Positions 1-12,847 of a stretch of 46,926 nt of DNA are shown one piece after another. This stretch comes from Lama guanicoe (Eukaryota): positions 681,844 to 728,769 of the forward strand of contig MU053574.1 of the NCBI GenBank assembly GCA_013239625.1, read 5' to 3'. How positions within the stretch are numbered: the stretch's first letter is position 1; the number at the start of each line of letters is the position of its first letter. Under the pieces are notes generated by a model. That model was not told the DNA's origin. It ran no database searches and was given only the letters and a program-made list of their open reading frames with translations. Made by a program: the position numbers and the translations under genes.

Positions 1-42
1 TGCTTAGTTTGATTCTAATGATGGCATTCTAATTTTTTCCAG

Positions 43-114
43 AGGCAAGAATTAGATGAAAAAATTGCCGAAGTTTCAAAAGAAAGGCAGGAACTTGCTT
101 CTAAAATTAAAGAG
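43..114 (+). CDS. SETX: Senataxin coding exon, RQELDEKIAEVSKERQELASKIKE (first exon in window; gene continues upstream)
   Basis: ttttttccAG acceptor, GTAAGT donor, 72 nt phase 0/0, splices in frame to the next exon; peptide matches recalled SETX sequence. Confidence 0.93.
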
Positions 115-1880
115 GTAAGTAGTTAACCTGTAACATTTCCCTTGTTCTTCTTTTCTTTTTCTTTCTTTCCTTTTTTTTTTTGTTAATTATGAACTGGTTC
201 AGACAACCTATGGTCTTTTCTCAATTACATTTTAAAATTTTTTATTATGAAAAATTTCAAACACATACAAAAGTGGAGAAAATGGTGTAATTACAGATAT
301 GTTTAAACAGATTTTTTTTTAAGCCTGATAGTGAATTCTTACTACTGCCTGAGATTTCTAAGAAAGAGGTGATTATAAAATTTTCCTTTTCTAGGTCTGG
401 CTGAATGTTTCTAAAACTCTGTCTAGTGAACTGCTCTGCTTCTCCGCTCCCCGCACAATTGTGTTATTTATCTTCAGATTAATAATTAATGAGACTAGGT
501 TTGTAGGTTTTCTCTGTTAAAAAGAAAAAGAAAACACTTGTCTGAATTCAAGTAGGATTTGGCACAAGAAGTAAAAATACCTTGCTCTCAATTTTTGGGT
601 GAAAGCATGAACTCTCTTTTTCTTGTTTTTTATCATAAGAATCCTTCTATAATATGTGTAACTTTTTCCCCAGTATTCTTTGGATATGAAAATGTCAACT
701 GAGATTTAGAGTGGTGATGCTAGGATGAGCCGGGTGTATACCCTCACCACCAGAATGCAGCCCTAATAAACTGAATCCAGAGTCAAGGAGAGGGGTTGAT
801 ATCCACTGGTAATGGTATTTGTATTTTTGCCCTGAGATTTTTTTCTCTTGAGCGCATTATTAGCCTTCTCTGTGTGGCTGAATAAACACAGTTAAATTTA
901 ATGCGTATTTTCATTAGCAGTTTGTTTATTTAAATTAAAAATTACATGGGAAGCTTTTTATTGAAATTTTAAACTGAGCCCAAAATTAATTTTCCTAAAT
1001 TCAAGCACAATGTCCATGTCTACAGGTATTGTGAGTTTTGCTGCTCACCACATTGTTCTGTGGGCCATTCAGTTAGTTGTCCTTGGCATTTTCACTCATT
1101 AGATGGCTAACGGGGAGTACGTGACAGTGCTTCAGCGTGTCGGCACTGTAAGACTGCAGGCACCACCCTCTTCCTAAAGCTCACGTACAGCCTCGGAGTC
1201 CGTGGTTGAATATCTCATGTGTTCAGGAATGTTTCACTGCTACTTTTCAGGAGCAGGAATAGGCAAACCAGATCTCTGATGAGAAAACTAGTTTATTAAT
1301 TTGAACACTAAACGGTATACATTGTGAGGTGTCATTCATGCTGTCAGTCTCCATCAGTTTATGCTACTGCATGTGTAGACCAGGGTGGTTTTTCTTACTG
1401 TGGGAGTAGAATGCTCATCAGTTTCACAGGCATTTTTGTTAGTACTAGCCCTTATTTTAAAAAAAGAACATTGTTACATACTTAAAAACTCAGGAAAAGG
1501 TGTGTTGAAGCTTAGTTCTGATCCTGGTTTCACGCAGGTGAGTGCTTCATAACTCAGTAGAATTATTTAATCTCATTATGATACCTTCCCACATAAGAAT
1601 TGTAATCTACTTTGACCAAATTAAATCTTGAATGAATTTTTCTTAATGTGCTTAAATCATGTTCTAAGATTAGACTTCACTGCAAAGCACAGTGTTCTTT
1701 CTGGTGACTTCTGATTATCTTGAATGCTTCTGCTGTTTTCTAGATTTGAGGTTCCCCCCAGCATTTATTAGATACAATTCTGTCACATAATAAATAGTGG
1801 GTGTTTTATAATGAAAAATAGGCCTGTTGTAGTCAAGAGTGTATATACAACGGAATGTTGATTAACTTCTATTTTGTTAG

Positions 1881-2030
1881 GTTCAAGGACGCCCACAGAA
1901 AACACAGAGCATCATCATTTTGGAGTCCCACATCATCTGCTGCACGCTGAGTACGAGCGGTGGTTTACTGCTCGAGTCTGCTTTTCGTGGCCAAGGGGGT
2001 GTCCCCTTCAGTTGTGTCATTGTTGATGAG
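1881..2030 (+). CDS. SETX: Senataxin exon VQGRPQKTQSIIILESHIICCTLSTSGG...FSCVIVDE (helicase motif II DE)
   Basis: ttgttAG acceptor, GTCAGT donor, 150 nt open frame; Upf1-like CTLS and VIVDE(A) motifs. Confidence 0.96.
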
Positions 2031-3137
2031 GTCAGTGAGCAGTTGGCCTGGTGCTGTAAGGAATAAGTCTTAGGCAAAGAGTGGCGGCCGGGGTGTTGAC
2101 AGCGTGGTCTTTCTGCACCTGGTTTTCCCTGCCATTGCATGCGTATCCTCTTACGTTGAAATACGCTGCTGCTGACCCGCCATGGTAAAAACTGCTTTTC
2201 CAGCATTAGGATTATGGACTCAAGGTGTCCCTCCCAAGGATTATCATGCTCCTGCTTGGAATATCTCTGGTTACCTTTTTAGACATTTTTTTTCTTTTGA
2301 TTAAAGAGAGATTAATTTAGAGAGATACATACTGCATAAAGTGTAGGCTTTTCAAAGGGCAAGAAGGCGGCAAGGAAAGAAGTGTGGAAGTTGGATGCTC
2401 AGATTAAAGTAAAAGTGGGTGCACAGTCCCGAGACAGAGTGTGGGCCATCTCTGAAGAGGAGGGAGCGGAAAAGGCTTGAAGCATTTTTAGTATAACTTG
2501 GGACAGCTCTGAGCCACCATATTTTCATCCTTTATTACCTAGTTTATTCACTGAGCAAACATGTACTGGTTATTTACTGTTTGCCAGAACATAGAGCCCA
2601 GAAGACAAAAGAGATGGAAAATGAGGTGCAGAGAACCAACCCACCCAGGAGGTCTAAGCTCCAGGACTCACCAAAATGAAGGAACAGCAAAGGTGGAAGT
2701 GATGAAATAATTGAAGGAAATGTCATTGAATTGAGAAGCAGCTTGAGTCTTACAGTTGAAGAGGCCTAGAGAGGAGCAAGGAAGAAGGCAGGGGGTGGGG
2801 GCTGGGACACACACAGACACGCACTCCCCTCAGGCACGTGCCCGCCCAGCAGGAGGAAGGAGCGCAGACGCTGCGAGGTGGTTCCCAAGTGGTAGTGGCA
2901 CCCAAGTGGTGGCTGACTTAGAACGTAGGTGTGAATTTTTTTCAGTGTTTAGAATATTTTTGTTGTTTGTTTTACTTTCTAACTAAAGAAAATCCTTATT
3001 TTTGATATTTGGTGCAGAAGGAGAGAATGTGTGGCACTTTTCCTGAATGATTAGAATTTTTATGAATTAGACTCTACATGGATAAATAAATAACAGATAA
3101 TTAAGAATATGTCTCCATCCTATACTTTCTTACCCAG

Positions 3138-3245
3138 GCTGGGCAGTCTTGTGAAGTTGAAACGCTTACTCCACTCATCCATCGTTGCAACAAGCTTATC
3201 CTTGTAGGAGATCCTAAACAGCTCCCTCCCACAGTCATCTCTATG
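3138..3245 (+). CDS. SETX: Senataxin exon AGQSCEVETLTPLIHRCNKLILVGDPKQLPPTVISM (motif III GDPKQLPP)
   Basis: tacccAG acceptor, GTAAG donor, 108 nt; SF1 motif III. Confidence 0.97.
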
Positions 3246-4599
3246 GTAAGTTTTTTCATATTCAGATTGCTTTACTGTGGAAGGGGCTTTTTTTGGATTT
3301 TGAGAGGATAGGCGTCTTTCTTGGATCATCATCTCTCACTTGCAGGGGAAGACAGGGAATGGCTGAGAACAGAGAGCCACTGTTTGGAGCCTTAATAGTG
3401 AAAGTCTCTGGAAATGTTCCTTTGTTGATAATTGTGCTTTTGTGTGTGTGTGACAGGAGCAGAGTACATGTTAGAGAGCAGAAGTCTAGGAAGATGGCGT
3501 TCCACACACAGTGGGCTGTTCCTTTGACAGAGGCGGCGTGCAGCTCTTCTAAGGGCTGTACCTGAATTATTTTAATAACATAAACTCCAAAACATTAATA
3601 AAAGAAAAACTTTAAAAGCAGGGAGAAGAATCTCAACTTTGATTTATATTTAAATATGTGCAAATTTGAGGAAAACATTATAAAGAGAAATGATTTTTAG
3701 AATAAGATTTCCAATTTTAGAATTCTGTATCCTAGAGTGCAAGAAAGTGTGTCCCTCAGTCCTCTGAAAGGGATGGGAAAGGAAGAGAGACTGTGAGCTC
3801 TCCTGCTGGGGTGGTGAGCACAGAGACTGTGGTCCACTCCACTGCACTTTTTTAATCTCACCAAAGATGGCTTCTAGAAACGCACGGCAGAATCAGGATT
3901 CAGATATTTTGGGTAATCTCCATAGGTCTAGACCATGGTTTTAAAATTTAATAAAACTTGAACATTTTACTAATACAGGTTGTTTGTACAAATATATAGA
4001 GTAGTGGCTGCATGAACAATCCCAGAGGACAGATCATTTTCACAGCATTTCTGTTCAGTGATGGAATGAACGCATGTTGTTTTTGTTACTGTTTTTGACT
4101 TTGGAATCACTGGAAAATGACAGTGCAGCTCTTTGCCGTCTGAGCACGCATGCGTGGCCGTGAGGGCGTAGCCTGGGAGCCCCTCCATCTCTGGGTGAAA
4201 ACTTGTCCAGAGGGAAGGGCTGCTGCAGGTGACTCTGCTCACAGAGAATCAGGAGGGGCCAGCTCTGTACTGCCTTCCTTGAATAACACAGTGTTTAAAA
4301 AGTTTCCTGATTTGACTTCTTGAAGGGCCCAGCATGTAGTGAAAATGATTTGTTGACAGGCCTTAACTTCACTGCCTACTTGGTGATTGATTAAGAACAG
4401 CAGAAATGAGAAAAATCCATTTGGGTTTTTTTTTTAATTGCAAAAAATGGTACAGTTTTATTGGGGAAATTTCAGAAGAGAATTCCAAAGTTAAATTTCA
4501 TGCCTTTCAAACCACCTATTTCTAGGGATAATTACAGTGAACAGTTTAGTGAGTATTTGAACAGTTTGTGGACATGTGTGTGCTCACTTTTTTTCAGTC

Positions 4600-4730
4600 T
4601 GTGTTTATTGAATGTCAGCATAATTCAGGCACTGTTTTAAGATCTGGGGTATGACAGTGATGAAAACAGACAAAAATCCCTGCCTTCACAAAGTTTGACG
4701 TTCTGTTGGGTAACAGACAGTAAATAAGTT
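4600..4730 (-). mobile_element. L2 LINE 3'-end relic
   Basis: tttattgaatg...caggcactgttttaagatctgggg...aaaacagacaaaaatccctgccttca resembles the L2 3' end. Confidence 0.6.
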
Positions 4731-4749
4731 ATTAAAAGATAGTTTGTCA

Positions 4750-4890
4750 GGGGGATCGGTGTAGCTCCATCATAGGGCACATGCTTAGCATGCACTAGGT
4801 GTCCTGGGTTCAATCCCCGGTACCTCCATTAAATAAGTAAATAAATAATGCCTCCATAAAACAGACAAATTACCCCCCTCAAAATACAAT
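4750..4890 (+). mobile_element. tRNA-derived SINE, camelid Vic-1-like
   Basis: GGGGATCGGTGTAGCTC A-box region, CTGGGTTCAATCCCC B-box, tail aaataagtaaataaataa; degenerate flanking direct repeat taaaagatagttt / taaagacagtat. Confidence 0.75.
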
Positions 4891-6143
4891 TAAAGACAGT
4901 ATGCGTATCAGGTATGTATACATTTGTGTATAGATAGGGTGTGACCTTGTTTAAAGAATCAGTCTGTGCCAGATTGCCTTTTGTCCGATCAATGAATAGA
5001 TCAGAAATATTCTTCCATGTCAGAACATAAAAATCTCCATCGTTTTGTAAGATGGACCCAGTTTTTTTCTGGAAGATGCCTTACCTCATATAAGCCAGTT
5101 TACTTTTCCCCAAGTGTGGAGAAAATGAGGTTTTGGCTAACTTGAACAGATAAACTTTCAGGAGTATAGATGAAATTGCCAAATGTCTACTAATAATATT
5201 TATTCTGTTTCATTACACAAATCTATGTAAAATCACGTATATAAATACCATAAGAAGTAATGCCTTGTTTTCCCCACTCTGATAATTTATGAAACAAGTT
5301 TATTTAAACTTTGCACATAAATCTTTTTTTTTGCACATAAATCTTAAATGCTCATGTCTTCATCATCACTCATGAAGATTCCATCATCTTAGTGGGTTTT
5401 CTTGAGCATATTTTTGCTTCTAGATTATACAAGATACAGTACTTTCTGAATCTTGATGTGATGTTGACATTGAAAAGCATATCCCAAGGCACAACTGATA
5501 ACATTAAGACGATTTCCTTCATTTGTCAGTTAAGCCACTTTTTCAGATTGTAGGTTGTGACCCTTTATTGGATTTATAAAATCAGCTTAGTAAGGTGTCT
5601 ATATCCTCCACTAGAATGTAAGTTCTGTGACACTGTATCTTGTTCACTTTAGCAGTCTCAGCACTGCGAATTTTAGATGATCGATTTATATTGGAAGGAT
5701 GGATGAGGAAATTGGTCTCTGAAAGGCTCATTTACCATAACATTCATTTCTGGTTGTGAGAGCGTGTCCCGGAAGTAATTGTTGAAATCTGCATTACAAT
5801 TCTTTGCTTCTTTTATCATTGGTTCTTTCAGGTGACCTCTGTTAACACCAAAATAGCTACAGTTGTGGTGACTCGCAAGATCACATCTCCTTCATAAGCA
5901 GTTTGTGGGTTTTCTAAATGAAGAGAAAATGCCTCCGCTTTTACACTGACGTGTCCATGGCTTTTCAGGGCTGGGGTCAGAATCGCCCTCTTTCTCTGAA
6001 CCTTTGGTTGTTGGTAGTGACACCTTGCACGTTTTAGATGCACCTTTCCCCCGTGCTGGTTTTAGAGCTCAGTGATCATCTTCATAGTAAGTGGGGGAAG
6101 TCCAGATGAGCTCTTGGAGAGTATGCTTTCTTCCCTCTCTCAG

Positions 6144-6331
6144 AAGGCACAGGAGTATGGCTACGACCAGTCGATGATGGCCCGCTTCTACAAGCTGCTG
6201 GAGGAGAACGTGGAGCACAACATGGTGGGCAGGCTGCCCGTGCTGCAGCTGACTGTTCAGTACAGGATGCATCCCGACATATGTCTCTTCCCGTCTAATT
6301 ACGTTTACAACAGAAACTTGAAGACAAACAG
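6144..6331 (+). CDS. SETX: Senataxin exon KAQEYGYDQSMMARF...LTVQYRMHPDICLFPSNYVYNRNLKTNR (QYRMHP motif)
   Basis: Pyrimidine tract plus cAG, GTGGGT donor, 188 nt, frame continuous with flanking exons. Confidence 0.97.
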
Positions 6332-6552
6332 GTGGGTTCTAGTTCTTGCATTCTAGCTTGTTTTATTTGTAAGTTTAGCTGCTTTAGGAAGAATAGCTCT
6401 TATACTGTATTCTTAAGTCTTGTTATGAAAAACGTAAAGGTTCAATAATTTTAATTATAGTAGTATGTTGATTGCAGCAAATGCAGATAAACAAAAAAGA
6501 AAACCAACCCCTATTTATTTATGCTACCCAGAAATAATCACTGGTAACGTTT

Positions 6553-6589
6553 TGAAAGTGCCGAATCCTGACCCCTAGACCACCAGAGA
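6553..6589 (-). pseudogene. tRNA-Glu 5'-half retro-insertion (37 nt) with target-site duplication
   Basis: Minus strand reads TCTCTGGTGGTCTAGGGGTCAGGATTCGGCACTTTCA; flanks are actggtaacgtttt and actgttgacgtttt. Confidence 0.7.
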
Positions 6590-6991
6590 ACTAACTGTTG
6601 ACGTTTTAGTACCTCTCCTTCTAGTCCTTGTATGACGCATATCTTTTCTCACTTTTTCTCTTTTTGGGAAAAAAAAATTTCATCATTCTCCACGTAGTGT
6701 TTTATAGCTTGCTTTGTCCATTTATTGTAGTATGAGTAATTTTCTGTTTTTCTGAATAATTGTTGTATTTTAATTACATAGATCATTCCCCCTAGGGCTA
6801 GAATAGAAATAAAATTCATTTTATTCTTTTCACTAAAATGCATTATTTAAATGTATTTAAATTTTATTTATAAATAAAGTCCTTCTTGTCCTCTTACTTT
6901 CCCTAACTCTCTCAACAACAACAAAAAAATGATAATTAAAAAAATATTCTTCCTGTAACATGTATTCTAAATGGTGGTTACTTTTTTGTAG

Positions 6992-7084
6992 ACTGACAGA
7001 GACCAATCGGTGTTCGTCAGACTGGCCATTTCAGCCCTACCTCGTGTTTGATGTTGGGGATGGTTCAGAAAGACGGGATAATGA
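6992..7084 (+). CDS. SETX: Senataxin exon (R)LTETNRCSSDWPFQPYLVFDVGDGSERRDN(D)
   Basis: ttttttgtAG acceptor, GTATGT donor, 93 nt phase 2/2. Confidence 0.95.
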
Positions 7085-8718
7085 GTATGTTCTCTTTTTT
7101 CTTCAGTTCCCACTGATGGCCCCAGAATTTTTATATTATTTTTATTCATACTTACATTCAAAAATGTTCCATACAAATCTCTCTGCCTAGTGCTGGAGCA
7201 CAATCATTTTTCTTTTCGTGGGGTTGATATATATAGCCTTACCTTTTTAATAGCAAATTGCTGATATCTTTGTATATTTCAGCGTTTTGATTTTCTCAAC
7301 TATATAATGGGGATCGTATTACCTAACATGTTGTAAGCACTTGAGGGATAAATGCTATGATCACAGCTGTAAGTAAAACAGACGTGGCCCCAGTGCAAGG
7401 CAACTGTGGTCTGATGGGGGACAGATGTTAACCAGGTCATCCCCGTGGTAACTAAGTTTTCCAGGGAGGTGAAGTACTGTGAAGGACGAGTACAGGTACA
7501 GGTGAATTAAGGTGTGAGACGGGGTGGGCGGTACTTTAAGCACATGGGGTTGCGAATAAGGTGGATGACAGCCAAGGGGAATGGTGGTTGCTACTTAGGA
7601 AACACTGCTTCTGAGGAGCCTGGGCTTCTGTGAGAGAACAAAGGACTAGTAGTCTCGAGGCCGAATTTGTTAGTACAGATACGAATGCCACCTCTGTCAT
7701 GAAGTGTGAAGAAATAAAATTCCACCTCTGTGTCATGAGAGATCTACAGAGCAGGTGGTGTCCTCGGTGAGAATCACATTAGTTCGTAGGATGGAGGGAG
7801 GGAGCATTCAGTGAGGAAGTGAGAAGTGGAGAGAAGCAGTTGGTTGAGGGTTTGGTGGTGTCTGTTAGAATGGATCAGAGGGCTGAGAGATCAGCCCCAT
7901 GAGTATTATGGGGATGGACAGTCACAAAAGAAATGTTGCCCTGAGAGGGGACCAAGGAAAGATTTCAGGTGTGGGAAAGGGAGCGAGCTGACTGGGTTGT
8001 CAGTACAGTAAGTCTTGACATTAGGAGAGTGAGTATTTAAGGCTCTTAAAGTGAGACAGACAAGGTGGTCTCGGGAATGAAGGTCCAGACGCAGGGCATC
8101 CCCCAGGCTGCACGTGTGGTAACGAGGGGACACGCAGTTTGAGAGATGAGTTGGGAGTGTAGGATGAGGCCAGCAGGGGCAGAGAGGACGTGAGGCTGCT
8201 GTAGGGCCCCGTGTTGTTCATCTCAGGGGTTGGGGGGGGGTGGGTGCTGTGTCATGTTGAGTCTGTGGATTACATCCTCTCTGTCATGTGGAACATAATC
8301 TGCACGGCCGGTGGTGGGGAATGAAGGAAGATAACATAACTGAAGCACTTCCCTCAGTGTCTGGAAGATAGTAAATCCTTACTGTTAACTATTTACTAGT
8401 CACATCTTCACTGTAAATTCTTTTGTTCTTACTGTGGCTATCCCTGTTTTAACAAAGAAATTGGTGCCTAACATCAACTTGACTCCAAACTCTTTTCTCT
8501 CATATAACTTCATGTTTCACTGGGCAGTTATGTTTATATTATTCATATGTATAATATTAATGATCATTATAACAGCCTCTTTGAGTCAGTGCTGACTGAA
8601 TAAAGATGAAAGCTACCTATCTACCCTTTAGTGTAATGGAAAAACAAAATGGAACTTAAGTTAGTAATTGGACTGCTATTAGTTTTGATTTATTGTATTT
8701 TTTTTCCATCTTATTTAG

Positions 8719-8883
8719 CTCATATGTAAATGTTCAAGAAATAAAACTGGTAATGGAACTAATTAAACTTATTAAAGACAAAAGAAGGGATGTTACTTTC
8801 CGAAACATTGGCATAATAACCCATTACAAGGCCCAGAAGACGATGATTCAGAAGGATTTGGACAAAGAGTTTGATAGAAAAGG
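8719..8883 (+). CDS. SETX: Senataxin exon SYVNVQEIKLVMELIK...NIGIITHYKAQKTMIQKDLDKEFDRKG
   Basis: ttatttAG acceptor, GTGAGG donor, 165 nt; IGIITHY motif. Confidence 0.96.
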
Positions 8884-9360
8884 GTGAGGCATCTATATTT
8901 TTACAGATATTTCCAGTTTTTCTGTTGATTTTCTGAAGAAGAAAGAGGGGATAGAAGGAAAGAAGAAAAGGAAACTTAACTCTGGGGAGTGGCCTTAGAC
9001 CATGGTTGTTTATAACAAGGAGACTGGGATGCTGGCGTCCATAGACTTGTGCTGGGAAAGCAGTGTGGTTACACTTGTAAGCCTGTAGACGGAGTACCTC
9101 CCACCAGTTGGAATGTCATCACCGTTATACTTGATAATGGAATTGACTGAGAAGCTCTAGACCTTTCCCGTTAGTTGGATGGCTTGTTAATCTGAATTCT
9201 AATTCTACCGAGACTCATGTAGTCACATTCTCACTAAATTATTTAACTGTTTTAGTACCTTCATGTATAGGGTGAAGGTCATATTTTTGTCTCCCTTTTA
9301 CCTCAGTAGTAAAATTAAAAATTAAATATTGGATATCCATTAACTCAAAAGTTTCTTCAC

Positions 9361-12016
9361 CTAGAAACACACAAACTACCGAAACTGACTCTAGGGAAAA
9401 AATTTTTTTGAAAAGACCTATAAAATGTAAAGAGATGGAGTTAGTAATCACTTCCCAACAGAGAAAAACCCACCAGGCTTCACTGGTGAATTTTGTCAAA
9501 CATTAAAATAAGAATTAACACCAGTCCTTCTCAAATGCTTCAAAGAATAGAAAGGAAGACTTTCTAACTCATATTATGAGGCCATTATTACCCTGATACC
9601 AAAGCCATGAAGACATCACCAAAAAAGAAAACTGCAGACCAGTATCCCTTATGAATACAGATGCAAAAAGTCTCAACAAAATCATGGCAGCTGAACTCAC
9701 CAGCATATTGTAAGGATTATACACCACAATCCAGTGGAGTTTATCTCATGAATGCAAGGGGGGCTCAACATATGAAAACCAATCGATGAGATACACCATA
9801 TTGATAGAGTAAAGGGGGAAACCCTATGTGACCATCTGAATAAATGTGGAAAAAACATTTGACTGAATGCAACAACCTTTCATGATAAAAATACTCAACA
9901 AACTAGAATAGAAAAGAATTGCCTCAGCCTAATTAAAAAAACATCTATGAAAACCCATGGCTAAAACATCATGCTTGATGGAGAGATGGAATGCTTTCCC
10001 CTACGACCAGGAAGGATGCCTGATCTCACTACTATTTTGCCACGTTGTATTAGAGATTCTAGGCAGAGCAATTAAGCAAGGAAAAGAAAGAAGAGGCATC
10101 CATACTGGAAAAGAAGTAAAACTGTCTCTTCACAGATGGCATAAGCTTATGTACAGAAAACTTTAAAATTGCACAAACTGCTAGTCCTTATAAACAAGTT
10201 CTGCAAAGTTGTAGGATCCGAGATCGATACACAAAAATACACTAGCTATGAGAAATTCTGGAAAGGAAATCAAAGAACAATTCCATTTATAGTAGCATCA
10301 TAAAGACCAACATACTTAGGAATTCATATAACCAGAGACGTGTAAGATTGTACACTGAGAAGTGTAGCACGTTGTTGAAAGAAGTTAAAGAACACCTAAA
10401 TAAACGGAAAGACATTGCATGTGCGTGGATTAGAAGACTTAATATTGTTAAGAAGGCAGTCCTCTCCAAGTTGAGCTACAGATTCCTTGTTATCTCTATC
10501 AGAATTCCAACTTCTTTTTTTACAGAGATGGAGAAGCGTACTCTAAAATTCACATGAAAGTGCAAGAAACTGTAAATAGCTTGACAGAGCAGTGTTGGAG
10601 ACTCACACTTTCCTATTTCAAAATGTACACAAGGCTAGTTATCAACACTGTAGTTCTGTCATAAGGATAGACATATAGACCAATCAAATATAATTTGAGA
10701 TTCCGGAAATAAACCCATACATTTATGGTCAATTGCTTTTCAACAAGAGTACCAAGACCATTCAGTGGGGAAAGAATAGTTTTTTCAATAAATGGTGCTG
10801 AAACAACTTGCAGAAGAATGAATTTTGACCTCATGTATACAATAATTAACTCAAAATGGGTTAGAGCCTTGAATCTAAGAGATAAAATGATAAAACCTGT
10901 AAGGAAACAAAGGTGTAAATCTGTGTGACCTCAGATTCTTAGATGTGATCCCCAAGCACAAGTAACCAGAGAAAAAATAAATTGACCTTCATAAAAATTA
11001 GAAACTTAATATGTGTCAGAGGACACTATGAAAAGAGTGAAAAAAGAGCCAAGAGGATGGGAGAAAATACTTGCAAATTATACATCTGTTAAGGGTCATA
11101 TTCAGACTATATAAAGAAGTCAGACAACTCAATAATAAAAAGATAATCTGATGTTTTAAATGAGCAAAGAATGTGAATAGCATTCCTCAAAAGAAGATAA
11201 ATAAGGAACAGGCACAGGGAGAGATGTTCCACATCATTTGTCTTTAGTGAAATCTAGATCAAAACCACAATGAGATACCACTTCACACCCACCAGGATGC
11301 CTAGCATAAAAAAAAAAGACAGACAATAACAAGTTTTGACAAGGATATGGAGAAATGGGAACACTTACACATTGCTGGTGAGAATGTAAAATGGTAAATC
11401 ACTGTAGAAAACAGTTTGGCAATTCTTCAAAAAGTTAAACATGGAATTTACTGTGTGACCCAGCAATTCCATTTCTAAGTAAATACCTGAAAGAATTGAG
11501 AAAATGTATACACAAAACCTTGTTTATGAATGTTCATAGCAACATTATTCATGATAGTCAAGAAGTGGAAGCAACCCAAATGTGTCCAACAATTGTATGA
11601 AGGTAAATTGTGGTGCACCTTTACAATCAAAGATTAGTCATGAAAGGAATTAAATAATCAGTTATAGAAGGAATGAAGTTCTGTTACATGCTGCAGCGTG
11701 GACAAACCTTGAAAACGTTATGCTAAATAAGAGAAGCCAAACCCAAAAGGTCATGTATTTTATAATTCCATTTATATGAAATTTCCAGTGCAGAAAAATC
11801 CATAGCGTCAGAAAGCAGATTAGTGGTTTCCAGGGCCTGGGGAGAGGGGGAAATTGAGACTGGTGACCGATAGACGCAGGGTTTCTCTTTCGGATAAATG
11901 GACATGTTCTGAAATTAGCGGTGATGGCTGCACAACAGAGTGAAGGTACTTAAACTCACCAAACGGTGTACTTTACAATGGTGAACATTGTGTCGTGTAA
12001 ATTACGTTTCATATAA
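9361..12016 (+). mobile_element. 5'-truncated, decayed L1 (L1MB-like): ORF2 remnant plus 3' UTR, sense to SETX
   Basis: ORF2-like peptides QGCLISLLFCHVVLEILGRAIKQGKE and TLLKEVKEHLNKRKDIACAWIRRLNIVK; the FADD motif has decayed to FTDG; many frameshifts; typical L1M 3' end. Confidence 0.9.
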
Positions 12017-12135
12017 TGAAGAAGATACAGATTTTTAAAAGATGCCCTTAAATCATTTCTAAAAAGTAGTACTGTATAAATGTGGATATTTAATAGTTTT
12101 TTTTTTCAGTGACTATGTTTCTCCTTCGTAAATAG

Positions 12136-12234
12136 GCCAGCGGAAGTCGATACCGTGGATGCGTTCCAGGGTCGTCAGAAAGACTGTGTTATTGTTACCT
12201 GTGTCAGAGCAAATGCCATGCAGGGCTCAATTGG
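12136..12234 (+). CDS. SETX: Senataxin exon PAEVDTVDAFQGRQKDCVIVTCVRANAMQGSIG (motif V TVDAFQGRQ)
   Basis: aaatAG acceptor, GTGGGT donor, 99 nt. Confidence 0.97.
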
Positions 12235-12847
12235 GTGGGTAACTGCCATTATTGGTTTTTTGCTTGTCTGTAACCCAGAGATAGATCTGTTTTTAATCAC
12301 TGTTAGAGAAAACAATCATTTGCTTTATTTTCTTCTATAAAAAATTGCATAATATCATGAAGGGTTTTTTTAAGTTGTGAAGTTGATCCGCTGTTAGGTC
12401 TGCTTCTCTTGGTACCTGTTTGTTAACCCAAGTCATAGTGTGAATGTTTTTTCACTTGTTAAGAGTGAAATAGATTATTGAATCCAGTATACTTTGCAGG
12501 GGCAGGTTCCTCTCCATAGTATGTGTCATAATTGGTGTACTGTCGTATTTTTAGGATTTTTTTAAGGCTTAAAAATCACACTTAAAATTTCTAATATCTC
12601 ATCCAAGGCAAAATAGGAAATTGACAGACAGTTGCATCACTTTGAAGGAAAGCACTGGGCATCTTGTTTGTTTCCTGTCTGAGTGGAAATTGCTTCTGTG
12701 CCAGGCACCCTGTGTTGGGAAAGGGAGTATGACTTTAAAGTAGAAAGAACCCAAGAAAAACTGTCTGAAATATCGCCTCTGTCTCATCTACACTGACATG
12801 CTAAGTCATCCTGTAGAAAGAAGTAACTTTCTTTTCCTGTTCCCTAG

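Noticed and set aside
4750..4830. Possible functional tRNA gene
   Set aside because: Degenerate stems plus an A-rich tail and flanking repeats indicate a SINE
9957..10928. Short ORFs resembling reverse transcriptase
   Set aside because: Fragments of a dead L1 ORF2 with frameshifts and a mutated catalytic motif; not an active element or a new RT system
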